From an uncultured Desulfarculus sp. (GTDB taxonomy: Bacteria; Desulfobacterota; Desulfarculia; Desulfarculales; Desulfarculaceae), in NCBI GenBank assembly GCA_963665125.2, contig CAXXUK010000002.1, positions 64,001 through 128,000 on the forward strand: DNA of 64,000 bases, in the 5' to 3' direction. The notes beneath the pieces were generated by a model. That model was not told the DNA's origin. It did not search any database and saw only the letters and a program-made list of their open reading frames with translations. Of the stretch, positions 50,232 through 58,954 are shown one piece after another; position 1 is the first letter of the stretch; the number at the start of each line of letters is the position of its first letter. The translations under genes were made by a program, and so were the position numbers.

Positions 50232-51758
50232 CTACTTTGGCGGGCCCATGAATTGGGCCATGGCGTCGGCGGCCTGGGCCCCGATCTGGCGGGCCAGATT
50301 GACGGTCATGAAGGCGTCGGTGGGCATGGCCGTGGCGGGCGGTATCTGGTCCCGGATGGAGCGGGGCGGCTCGTCCAGCAGCTTGCGGCCGTAGTCGTGC
50401 ACGGCCATGAAGTTGTCGGCCCAAGAGGCCCGGGCCGTTTCATTGGCCGCCAGCTTGATTTTCTTGGCGTCACGGGTGCGCAGGTCCACCATCAGGGCAA
50501 AGGCGGCCATACGGGCGGTCTTGCTCTCGGTGTACAGGTCGTATTCAAAGTAATCGATTGGAATATTGGTGTATTTGCTGTCGTCCTTGTCCTTTTTGTC
50601 GTCCTTGTCCTTTGGCACAAGGCTGGTGGGCACCTTGACCGTATCCATCCATCCGCTTTGGGCCTTGCGCTTGGTCATCACCGGGCCCCTGGTGTCGATC
50701 TGGGCGGCCACGATCTGGATCACCAATAAATGGGTGGCCCCCTCAAACCTCTTGTCCAGCTTGCCGCCGGGCCCGGTGAGCTTGTCCAGGCCCAGTTCGC
50801 CGGGCTTGACCAGCATGCTGACATCCAGGGCCTTGGCCAATTGGGCGTTGTTGTAGATCTGCCTGGCCGCCTCCTTGGCCATTTCCTGGGTGGGCGCGGC
50901 GGTAAAGCCCTTGGATTGATCGTCGGCGACCACGGCCACCGTACGCATCAGGGCCTTGCGCAGATCCTGGGCCTTGGCCTTGCTGGGCCGGTAGCCCGCC
51001 TTGTCCAGGGCCTGGTGGATCTCCAAGGCCTTGAACCGGTCCCCGCCGGCCGCGCTGGCCATCGCCGCCTTGGCCAGGTCCTTCTTGGTCTGGGGCGTCA
51101 GGTACTGGGGGGCGTCCTTGGCCAGCTTGAACAGCAGGTCGGTTTGTTGGTGGGCCAGCAGGTATTTTTGCAGCTCAGAGGACATGCGGCTGCAAACTTC
51201 GCGGCCTTCGGGGTGGGCGCAGAGCTTTTCCCTGGCCAGGCGGAAGTCGTCCATGGCCAGTTGCGGTTCGTCGGCGCCAAGTTGCCTGTCGAACGATTGG
51301 CCCAGCACCGGTGCCAAGGCCCGGCGGAAATTCCGCCGCAACAGGGGCATGTCGATTCCGGCGGGCGCGCCCTGGCCCAGTTGCCGGGCCTGCCAGAGGA
51401 TCAGCTCCATTTTATCGGCGGTCTCGTCAAAAGACTCAAGGCAGCGGTACATGTTCTGGCCCGAGGCCAGGGCCGTGGCGGCCTGCTCCAGGTCCAGTTT
51501 GCCCGTATTCAGGGCCGGGCCGTAATTGGCCGCCAGGATGCCCATGGCCCGGTCGTCGGTGGGCGCGGCCTCCAGTTCCTTGGCCGCGTAGTAGGCGGCT
51601 GCTAAATGATCGCCGCGCTCCTGGCCCGCCTCGGCCAGGCGTAGCGTCTCGCTCTTGGGCGCGCAGCCCGCGCACAGGGCCAGGGCCAGGGCCATGACCA
51701 GGAGCAAAACCGTATAGGTTCGGAATATGCCGCTTAATTTGACGGTCAGGTGGCTCAT
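50232..51758 (-). CDS. Predicted lipoprotein, unknown function
   Basis: Hydrophobic leader with lipobox CAGC; helical N-half, alpha/beta C-half. Confidence 0.7.
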   Translation of the reverse strand: MSHLTVKLSGIFRTYTVLLLVMALALALCAGCAPKSETLRLAEAGQERGDHLAAAYYAAKELEAAPTDDRAMGILAANYGPALNTGKLDLEQAATALASGQNMYRCLESFDETADKMELILWQARQLGQGAPAGIDMPLLRRNFRRALAPVLGQSFDRQLGADEPQLAMDDFRLAREKLCAHPEGREVCSRMSSELQKYLLAHQQTDLLFKLAKDAPQYLTPQTKKDLAKAAMASAAGGDRFKALEIHQALDKAGYRPSKAKAQDLRKALMRTVAVVADDQSKGFTAAPTQEMAKEAARQIYNNAQLAKALDVSMLVKPGELGLDKLTGPGGKLDKRFEGATHLLVIQIVAAQIDTRGPVMTKRKAQSGWMDTVKVPTSLVPKDKDDKKDKDDSKYTNIPIDYFEYDLYTESKTARMAAFALMVDLRTRDAKKIKLAANETARASWADNFMAVHDYGRKLLDEPPRSIRDQIPPATAMPTDAFMTVNLARQIGAQAADAMAQFMGPPK

Positions 51759-51779
51759 AAGTTTGTCCCCGCCTGGATA

Positions 51780-52655
51780 TTAGAGAAGCAACCTGGTCAT
51801 TATATGGTCCTGAAGGCCAAAAGCGTACACCAAACCCGAAACCACGGCGGTGCTTATGGCCCACACCAAAATGATTTTGGCCTTGCCGCACCCGTGGGCG
51901 GCGGCCAGGGCCACGGCCTGGACATAGAAAATATAGAGGGCCCCGCCAAAATTAACGGCGTTAAAGGCGATATAAAACACCGTGTTGCCTGTGGCCCGGT
52001 ATTCATTGATCAGTGGGCTGCCCATGAGCCAAAAAGGTATGGTCGGATATACCGCGGCCATACTGTAGCCTATGGCCCTGTAGGTGAAAGGCAATGGCTT
52101 GGCCTGGCGATTAACCATTTTGATGAATAGATGGGTTCCCGCTCCGCCTATGGCCAGACCGGCAAGTGGCACTAAAAGAGCGATGGCAAAGAGCATGCCC
52201 CACGTCGCTGTGAGGAAAATAGTTCCTTCTAGCGCCCCTACCAGCCCGTATTTGTAAAGAAATCTAAAAAATACGACAAACAGACAAACCATCACCGGGA
52301 CACCCATCAGGATCAAGTTAGTACTCAGAATGAATTTCCAGGGATGCCCCCCATCGGTTGGCGCGGGAAGGGCGAAGGCCTTTGACGGGCTCTTGATGAT
52401 CATCGCGCAGGTGCGGAAATAGCCGGACCACCACTTGTAGGCGTCCTCCACGGGCAAATATTCCACGCCCTCGGTTTTCCAGATGCTTGGCTTGGGGTGT
52501 TGTCCGGCTTGCGTTTCATCCCTGGGCGGCAGGTTCATGCCGCGCGGCTTGTCCGCGCCGCTGTTTCCCGCTTTGAAAAACTGCTCAGCCTCCAGTAGTG
52601 AATCCGGGCCGTCCTGCGGCAGGTCTATGCCGCCTTTGTTGTTTTTGGTGGTCAT
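51780..52655 (-). CDS. YIP1-like membrane protein, paralogue 2
   Basis: LPVE..WW..YFRT..IIKSPSKAF, TYRAIGYS, AHGCGKAK. Confidence 0.75.
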   Translation of the reverse strand: MTTKNNKGGIDLPQDGPDSLLEAEQFFKAGNSGADKPRGMNLPPRDETQAGQHPKPSIWKTEGVEYLPVEDAYKWWSGYFRTCAMIIKSPSKAFALPAPTDGGHPWKFILSTNLILMGVPVMVCLFVVFFRFLYKYGLVGALEGTIFLTATWGMLFAIALLVPLAGLAIGGAGTHLFIKMVNRQAKPLPFTYRAIGYSMAAVYPTIPFWLMGSPLINEYRATGNTVFYIAFNAVNFGGALYIFYVQAVALAAAHGCGKAKIILVWAISTAVVSGLVYAFGLQDHIMTRLLL

Positions 52656-52724
52656 GTCCTTTTCCCCCTTTATTCATTAATGAGTGGATGGTCAACGCAA
52701 TGTTTCTTCCTTGGAGCGGCTTTT

Positions 52725-53474
52725 TCAGGCGCCGGGCCACTTGAAATAAAAAAGGGCCGTGGCGATAAGAAGCAACGGGCAAAGCAGCGCGATGACGGCC
52801 TTTATCCTGCCGCAGCCATGGGTGAGGGCCAAAGCGGTTGCGGGGATATAAGCCATGGCAATCATGAAGAGGACATGGAGGGTCATATTCATGAAAAAAA
52901 AGAATCTATTCAGGACGATAACGTCGATGGGCCTTATTACCTGCGAGATTAAGTACAGCGGAAAAAATAACAATAGAGGAGATAGGCCGTACGACAGCGC
53001 CCGAAAGGTTATAGGCAGTGGAGCCGGCGAACCAAAAAGCCCGAGGAGAAAGTTGATGAGCACGCCTGATAACAAAAAGCCCGCGGCCAGAGCCACGGAG
53101 ACGATGCCCAGGAAGGTGATGAGAAAGCCCCCGCCCAGGGAAGCCGATAACAGCATGGCGGCGGGGCCGGTTATCTCCGAGCTGAACAGCAGGCCGAAAA
53201 CGAGGGATATGAGACTATCCAGAAATACGGCGGCATAGAAAATAGCATACAGACTCAGCAGGTACTTCCAAGTGTGGGCTGTTTTTCCCCGCATTGGAGC
53301 GGAAAAGGCCTTGCTGGGGCTTTTTACGATCAGCCACCAGGTGCGGAAAAAGTCTGGCCACCATGGGCCGCCCTGCTCGATGGGCAGGGCTTCCGGCAAC
53401 GCGGCCTCTACCGGTTGTTCGGTTGAATCGTCCTGTACTTTGGCCTCCGTTGCCGTTTGCAGCGTCTCGCTCAT
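52725..53474 (-). CDS. YIP1-like membrane protein, paralogue 1
   Basis: LPIE..WW..FFRT..IVKSPSKAF, TFRALSYG, THGCGRIKA. Confidence 0.75.
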   Translation of the reverse strand: MSETLQTATEAKVQDDSTEQPVEAALPEALPIEQGGPWWPDFFRTWWLIVKSPSKAFSAPMRGKTAHTWKYLLSLYAIFYAAVFLDSLISLVFGLLFSSEITGPAAMLLSASLGGGFLITFLGIVSVALAAGFLLSGVLINFLLGLFGSPAPLPITFRALSYGLSPLLLFFPLYLISQVIRPIDVIVLNRFFFFMNMTLHVLFMIAMAYIPATALALTHGCGRIKAVIALLCPLLLIATALFYFKWPGA

Positions 53475-53680
53475 GTCCTGATATCCCCCGTTTGATAATC
53501 AGATTACGCCGGCGCACGGGGGCGCGGAGCCCCCGTGTGCGTCTGGCCATGTTTTTATTAAATTACGCGGTTTGGGCCAAAGGGCCCTTTGGATGGCTTA
53601 TAGGCATGTTTGTCCCCCCGTTTGTTGTGCTAAATCAACGCCAGTATAGCGTAGCTGGTGTCAGCCCGTCAATATTTTAC

Positions 53681-54481
53681 TCAACCTTTGTTGAATTCGG
53701 GCTTGCGCTTTTCAAAAAAGGCCCTGATGCCCTCGCTAAAGTCCGGCAGTAAACTCAGCCGCATGATGGATTGGCGCTCCTGTTCCATCAGCCCCTCGAG
53801 GTCGCCGTAAACCGCCTGGTTCAACAGATCCTTGGTGGCGGCCAAGGCCTGGGCCGGGCCGTTGGCCAGTTCATTGGCCAAAGCCATTGCCGTATCCAGG
53901 ACTTCCCCGGGCGGGGCCACCCGGTTGATCATGCCCCATTCCAGGGCCTGGGCGGCGCTGACGGCCTTGCCCAGCAGGAAAAATTCGCTGGCCCGTTTGT
54001 GGCCGATGAGCCTTGGCACGAAAGCAGACGCGGCGCCATCGGGCGAAACGGCTATGCGGATATACGCCGGATCAAACCGGGCCTTTTCCGAGGCCACCAC
54101 AAGATCGCAGCCCAGGGCCCAGGCCAGCCCGCCGCCCGCCACCGGGCCGTTGACAGCGGCGACCACGGGCAGGCGCAGACGCCGCAGGGTGATCACCGTC
54201 TTGGCCAAAATATAGGCCAGATCCGAAAAAAACTGCTCTATGTCGCCGTCATTGTTAATAAGATCGGCCATGAGGCGCACGTTGCCGCCCGCGGCATAGG
54301 CCCGGCCCGCGCCGGTGATCACCACCGCCCGGACACCCGGTTCACGCTGGGCAAGCTCAAGGGCGCGGGCCAGTTCCGGGCCGCTGTCAAAGTCCAGGGG
54401 GTTGAACATATCGGGCTGATTAAGGGTAAGCAGCCGCACCGGGCCACGGTCTTCGACGATAATGGTCTTGAACTGGTCCAT
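53681..54481 (-). CDS. Enoyl-CoA hydratase/isomerase (PaaG-like)
   Basis: RAYAAGGNV, VNGPVAGGG, AVSPDG, EGIRAFFEKRKPEF. Confidence 0.9.
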   Translation of the reverse strand: MDQFKTIIVEDRGPVRLLTLNQPDMFNPLDFDSGPELARALELAQREPGVRAVVITGAGRAYAAGGNVRLMADLINNDGDIEQFFSDLAYILAKTVITLRRLRLPVVAAVNGPVAGGGLAWALGCDLVVASEKARFDPAYIRIAVSPDGAASAFVPRLIGHKRASEFFLLGKAVSAAQALEWGMINRVAPPGEVLDTAMALANELANGPAQALAATKDLLNQAVYGDLEGLMEQERQSIMRLSLLPDFSEGIRAFFEKRKPEFNKG

Positions 54482-54622
54482 AATGGTCTCCTGATTTGGG
54501 AGCGGGTTTTTCACAATACGCTGTTTTGCGGACTTGGGTCAAGCCTTGGCGCGTTGAGGCTAAATCTTGAACAAAATTGGCGTTTATGCTAGTTTTTCAC
54601 TTGAACAGCGCGGGAGAGAACA

Positions 54623-56344
54623 TTGCTGGGCTTACGTAATAAAAATGCGGAACAGGACAAGGCCGGCGGGGCGATCCGCCGCCTGAAGTTGACACCGCTG
54701 GAAGGCCTGCTGGGCGGTTTGATCCTGGTTGGCCTTTTGTATTTGTTTTCTGTGTGGGCCGGTTTTTTCAGCGGCAATTCTCAGTCCGGTCAGCAGCAGA
54801 TGGCCGCGCCCAAAAGCAAGGTCATCATGGCCATCGCCGCCAGTGAAAAGGCCCTTGCCCGCCTGGACGCCTTTGAGGCCGACCTGGACTCCATGCGCAA
54901 GGCCATGGACGATGCGGGCATATCCCAGCGTAAGGACCCCGGCGCCCTGCTGCCGGGTCTGTCGCCGGGCGCACCCCAACACAACGCGGTCTCCGATCCC
55001 AAGATCACCCGCAAGCTTATCGAGTTGGAAAACCGCGTCGACACCCTGGTCAACAATAATCCCGAATCCGACAAGGCCCTTGCCGACCGCCTTGGCCGCC
55101 TGGAGCGTCAGCTTCGGGACGCCGCCGCCCAGGACCAAAAGCGCATCGACACGGCCAACCAGATCCTGGCCAAGATGGACGACCGGATCAAGAACCTCAA
55201 CCGCATGACCCAGTCCAGCGACGATGCCGCTCTGGAGCGCTTCAAGGATCTGGAAAAAGAAATAGCTGCCCTGAAAAAGGCTGAGCCAAAGGCCACGGCC
55301 GGAGACGGCAAGCGGCTGGCCCAACTGGAAAACCGCCTGAATGCTCTGGACAAAGCCGTTGCCGGCAAGGACTTCAGCAAACAGCTGGCCGAATTGGACA
55401 AGCAGCTTAAAACCAGGGACAAGCTTGCCGCCGGAGATGCCGCTTCCCTTACCAAGCGCCTGGCCAATCTGGAAAAACAATTGGCTGGCATCGAAAAGAA
55501 GGCCCTGGCGGACAACGATAAAAAGCTCTCGGCCATTGAAAAGAACATTGCCTTTTTGGCCCAGGCCGAAAAAGACGATGTCAAGGACCTGCTGGGCCGT
55601 GTGGAGGCCATGCAAAAGCAGATCAGACAAAATCCGGCCAACGCCGACGCCAAGCTGGTGGTGCGGCTGAATAATATCGAGACCGAGTTGGCAAACCTGG
55701 CCAAGGTGGCGGCATCGGCAACGCCGGGCCCCAAACCCAATTCCGAACTGGTGCAGCGGGTGGAAAGCCTGGAAACCGAAGTCGGCTGGCTCAAGGAGGA
55801 CACCGGCGAAAAAGATCGCAACAGCGAGGCCAAGGCCGAGATGGAAAAACGCATCTCGCGCATTGAGGCCAACGTTGCCCGGCTGATCCGCTCCCTGACC
55901 AGGGTTCAGGCCCCCGTGCCCGATGCCGAAACCATAAACCGCCTGACCAAGCTGGAGCGCCAGGTGACCACCTCCAGCGCCGGAGGACTGGTCCAGCGCC
56001 AACAAGACCTGGAACGGCGCATGGATTCGCTGGCCAATCTCCTGGCCAACAATCTCAACTCGCCGGAAAACACGGCTCTGTACCAGCGCCTCAACGCCCT
56101 GGAAAACCGGCTCGACTCCGTTACCGGCCAACGGGGCCCAACGGTCGCCGCGGCCCGGGCGACCACCGCGCCACCGCCAGCCAAGCGTCTCATCTACCGG
56201 GTCAAGGCCGGCGACACGCTCTACCGTATAGCCCGGCAGTATTCGGTGACGGTCGAGGATATTCAGCGCTGGAACCCGCAGATAGGCGCAGGCAACAAGA
56301 TTGCCGTGGGCCAGGAACTGGTCATTGTCGGCGGCACCTCCTGA
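54623..56344 (+). CDS. Membrane-anchored long coiled-coil protein with C-terminal LysM
   Basis: N-terminal TM, repeated RL..LE helices, YRVKAGDTLYRIARQY..WN..I..GQEL. Confidence 0.85.
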   Translation: MLGLRNKNAEQDKAGGAIRRLKLTPLEGLLGGLILVGLLYLFSVWAGFFSGNSQSGQQQMAAPKSKVIMAIAASEKALARLDAFEADLDSMRKAMDDAGISQRKDPGALLPGLSPGAPQHNAVSDPKITRKLIELENRVDTLVNNNPESDKALADRLGRLERQLRDAAAQDQKRIDTANQILAKMDDRIKNLNRMTQSSDDAALERFKDLEKEIAALKKAEPKATAGDGKRLAQLENRLNALDKAVAGKDFSKQLAELDKQLKTRDKLAAGDAASLTKRLANLEKQLAGIEKKALADNDKKLSAIEKNIAFLAQAEKDDVKDLLGRVEAMQKQIRQNPANADAKLVVRLNNIETELANLAKVAASATPGPKPNSELVQRVESLETEVGWLKEDTGEKDRNSEAKAEMEKRISRIEANVARLIRSLTRVQAPVPDAETINRLTKLERQVTTSSAGGLVQRQQDLERRMDSLANLLANNLNSPENTALYQRLNALENRLDSVTGQRGPTVAAARATTAPPPAKRLIYRVKAGDTLYRIARQYSVTVEDIQRWNPQIGAGNKIAVGQELVIVGGTS

Positions 56345-57788
56345 CCCGGAGCTCGTGGCGTGTTTGCGGGCCTTGGCCCGTGACCCGCTGCTTCGGGGCA
56401 TCCATCAAACAGCCAATCAAAGGGGCCAATGCATCTGGCTCTGCGGCGGGACTCTCCGCGACGCCCTGCTGGGCCGCAAATGGCAGGACCTTGACCTGGC
56501 CGCCGACGGTTCGGCCATGGAGTTGGGCCGGGCCTTTGCCCACAGCGCGGGCGGCCGGCACATCGCCCTGGACCAGGAACACGACACCTGCCGCATAGTC
56601 ATTCAAGGACGGGTAGTCGATGTGGCCGGTCTGCGCGGGCCGGATATCATCAGCGACCTGAAAGCCAGGGATTTCACCGTAAACGCCATTGCCGTTGACT
56701 TAAAGCAATTACTTGATGGCCATCCTGACCTGCTGGACCCGACCGGCGGCAGGGAGGATCTTGCCCTAGGCCTGCTGCGTCCGGCCGGGCCGGGCGTGCT
56801 GCGCCAGGACCCGCTAAGGGTGCTGCGGGCCGTACGCTTTGCCGCCACTCACGGACTCAGGCCCGCCGACGGGGTGCCGGAGCGCCTCCAGAGGGCCGCG
56901 CCGGGCCTTGCCGGGATAGCCGCGGAGCGCATTGCCCACGAATGGCTGGCCATGATGGCCGGGGCCGAGCCCGACAAAGGTGCTCTACTAATGGACCAAT
57001 GCGGGGCCTTGGGCCTGCTTGTGCCCGAACTGGAAGCGGGCCGGGGTATGGACCAAAACCCGTATCATCACCTGGATGTGCTTGAACACTGCCTGGCCTG
57101 TCTGGAGGCCGCAGTTAAGATCCGGCAAATACCGGATGAGTTGTTCGGCCCACTGGGCCGGGAGATAGCCGACTGGCTGGAACCTGAACGGCAACGGGCC
57201 TGTTTCATGACCGCTGCCCTGCTCCACGACATCGGCAAGCCACCCACCATGCAGGAGCGTGAGCCGGGCTGGGCCAGCTTTCACCGGCATGACGTACAAG
57301 GCGGTCAAATGGCCGGCCTTCGTTGCCGCGAACTGGGCCTGTCCAAGGCCGACAGCGGACATGTCTCGGCATTGGTCTGTGGGCATATGCGACCGTTTCA
57401 CCTGCTGGGCGCCCAGTCCCGGGGGCAGTTGACCTTGCGCGGCGTGCGCAGGCTGGTCCAGGCCACGGGAGATGACCTGCCGGGCCTGTTTGCCCTGGCC
57501 ATGGCCGATACCGTGGCCGGCTGCGGCCCCATGCGCCCGGAGGATGCCGAGGAGCGTTTGGCAAAGCTGTATAAACAGGTGGCCCGCATGCGCGACGAAG
57601 CCATCAGCACCGCCCTGGCCGCGCCGCCGCTGATAAACGGCAGCCAACTGATGGCTGCCCTGGGCCTCGAGCCCGGACCGGAGGTCGGCAGGCTCCTCGG
57701 CCTGATCCGGGAGGCCCAGCTGGACGGCAAAATCGGCAGCGCCTACGATGCCTTGGCTTTGGCCCGCCGGATCCTATGCGCAGGTTGA
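56325..57788 (+). CDS. Class II tRNA nucleotidyltransferase with HD domain (probably CC-adding)
   Basis: GGTLRD..DLD, RDFTVNA, QDPLRVLRAVRF, ERIAHE, HHLDV..LLHDIGK; TTG start at 56325. Confidence 0.88.
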   Translation: MSAAPPDPELVACLRALARDPLLRGIHQTANQRGQCIWLCGGTLRDALLGRKWQDLDLAADGSAMELGRAFAHSAGGRHIALDQEHDTCRIVIQGRVVDVAGLRGPDIISDLKARDFTVNAIAVDLKQLLDGHPDLLDPTGGREDLALGLLRPAGPGVLRQDPLRVLRAVRFAATHGLRPADGVPERLQRAAPGLAGIAAERIAHEWLAMMAGAEPDKGALLMDQCGALGLLVPELEAGRGMDQNPYHHLDVLEHCLACLEAAVKIRQIPDELFGPLGREIADWLEPERQRACFMTAALLHDIGKPPTMQEREPGWASFHRHDVQGGQMAGLRCRELGLSKADSGHVSALVCGHMRPFHLLGAQSRGQLTLRGVRRLVQATGDDLPGLFALAMADTVAGCGPMRPEDAEERLAKLYKQVARMRDEAISTALAAPPLINGSQLMAALGLEPGPEVGRLLGLIREAQLDGKIGSAYDALALARRILCAG

Positions 57789-57813
57789 CGTAACTGCGCA
57801 CTCCTGCTAGATT
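57785..57813 (+). promoter_or_regulatory. sigma70 promoter of selC
   Basis: TTGACG-17-TAGATT just upstream of the tRNA. Confidence 0.7.
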
Positions 57814-57820
57814 TTGCCGT

Positions 57821-57918
57821 GGAAGTGGAAAGGTCACTGGTGGGCCTCCCGGACTTCAAATCCGGTGTACCGTCTGAGTAAGGCGGTAGGTGGGTTCGAT
57901 TCCCATGCACTTCCGCCA
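57821..57918 (+). tRNA. selC: tRNA-Sec (anticodon UCA)
   Basis: GGAAGTG/CACTTCC acceptor, anticodon arm CCGGA-CTTCAAA-TCCGG, long variable arm, GGTTCGATTCC T-loop, encoded CCA. Confidence 0.96.
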
Positions 57919-57931
57919 TAATGATTTCAAT

Positions 57932-57970
57932 GGTTTACGGCCTGATTGGTCGTGAGCCTTTTTTGTTTTG
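57932..57970 (+). terminator. Intrinsic terminator after selC
   Basis: GGTTTACGGCC tgatt GGTCGTGAGCC followed by TTTTTTGTTTT. Confidence 0.7.
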
Positions 57971-57997
57971 GGCAGGTTGCTGGATTTGGCCTCGTTC

Positions 57998-58019
57998 TGT
58001 ACCCCACATGTACCCCACA
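57998..58019. repeat. Tandem 11-bp direct repeat (integrase arm-site-like)
   Basis: TGTACCCCACA x2, about 80 bp from the tRNA 3' end. Confidence 0.75.
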
Positions 58020-58954
58020 CTTGTTAAACGTGGATGCCTACACAATTCGATCTACGCCCTGCCCTAACCCCCGTTTTGATTTCATAGGCGAACGAACACA
58101 AGCCGCCCTAGCCCTTACATATCCTGAGCCGAGATCGTTGATCCTGATCCAAAACTAGCCTGTCAGCAAAACACCCGATCATAACGTTGCACCGACTTCA
58201 GGTTCGATGCAGTGGACGGCAACCTATCTCTAAAACCCAACAGATGACAAATCACGCCTAGACTGGGCGATTAAATTCTAATAACAGACAGTTATCCCTT
58301 TATATCCCGATGATCTCAGGGGACTGCTAATCCCCAATAACCCGGCATTACACTTCAGATGACATGGCCGAATAGACATGTTGATTCAACATGATACGAG
58401 CTCTCGGATAAGGCGGCCATCATTCCGAGGCAAGCTTGAGTGGCACAAAATGCATCAGTAAGCGCATCAATATGTTGCACTAAATGAATCAAGCAAAACG
58501 GTGATGATCCAAATCCAACCAGCAAATACCCGGCGTACCCAGGTTCCCATGAGCGTTTAAAGGAGGTGGATTGCTTTGAACCTGATTAGAGAACCGGGAC
58601 CCACGAGGCATCCAAAAGCGGTCAGATAACCATTAACCAATCAAGACGGCATTACGGCGAACAAGTAATCGCCATATTGCACACAAGAAAACATCAACGG
58701 TTGACTGAGGACAACACATTGAAATTGCGCCAGTATTTAATAGGTTGCTGTAAATGAAAAAGGAAACCCAAAATCACCCTAAACAGATAGGCAATCAAAG
58801 GAGGTGATCGAATGTGGTGATAACCGGAAAGCAAGATACCTGCAAGCCAATAAACCAGTAACAAGTAACAAATAGTTTAACTAATTGTAAGGATTGATCA
58901 TGAATATTCAATCAAAGCAGATAGATATGTTGACGACTATGATAATGGAGAACG

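Noticed and set aside
57946..58158. 70-aa ORF right after selC
   Set aside because: It runs through the terminator and arm-like repeats, has no RBS and no recognisable motifs.
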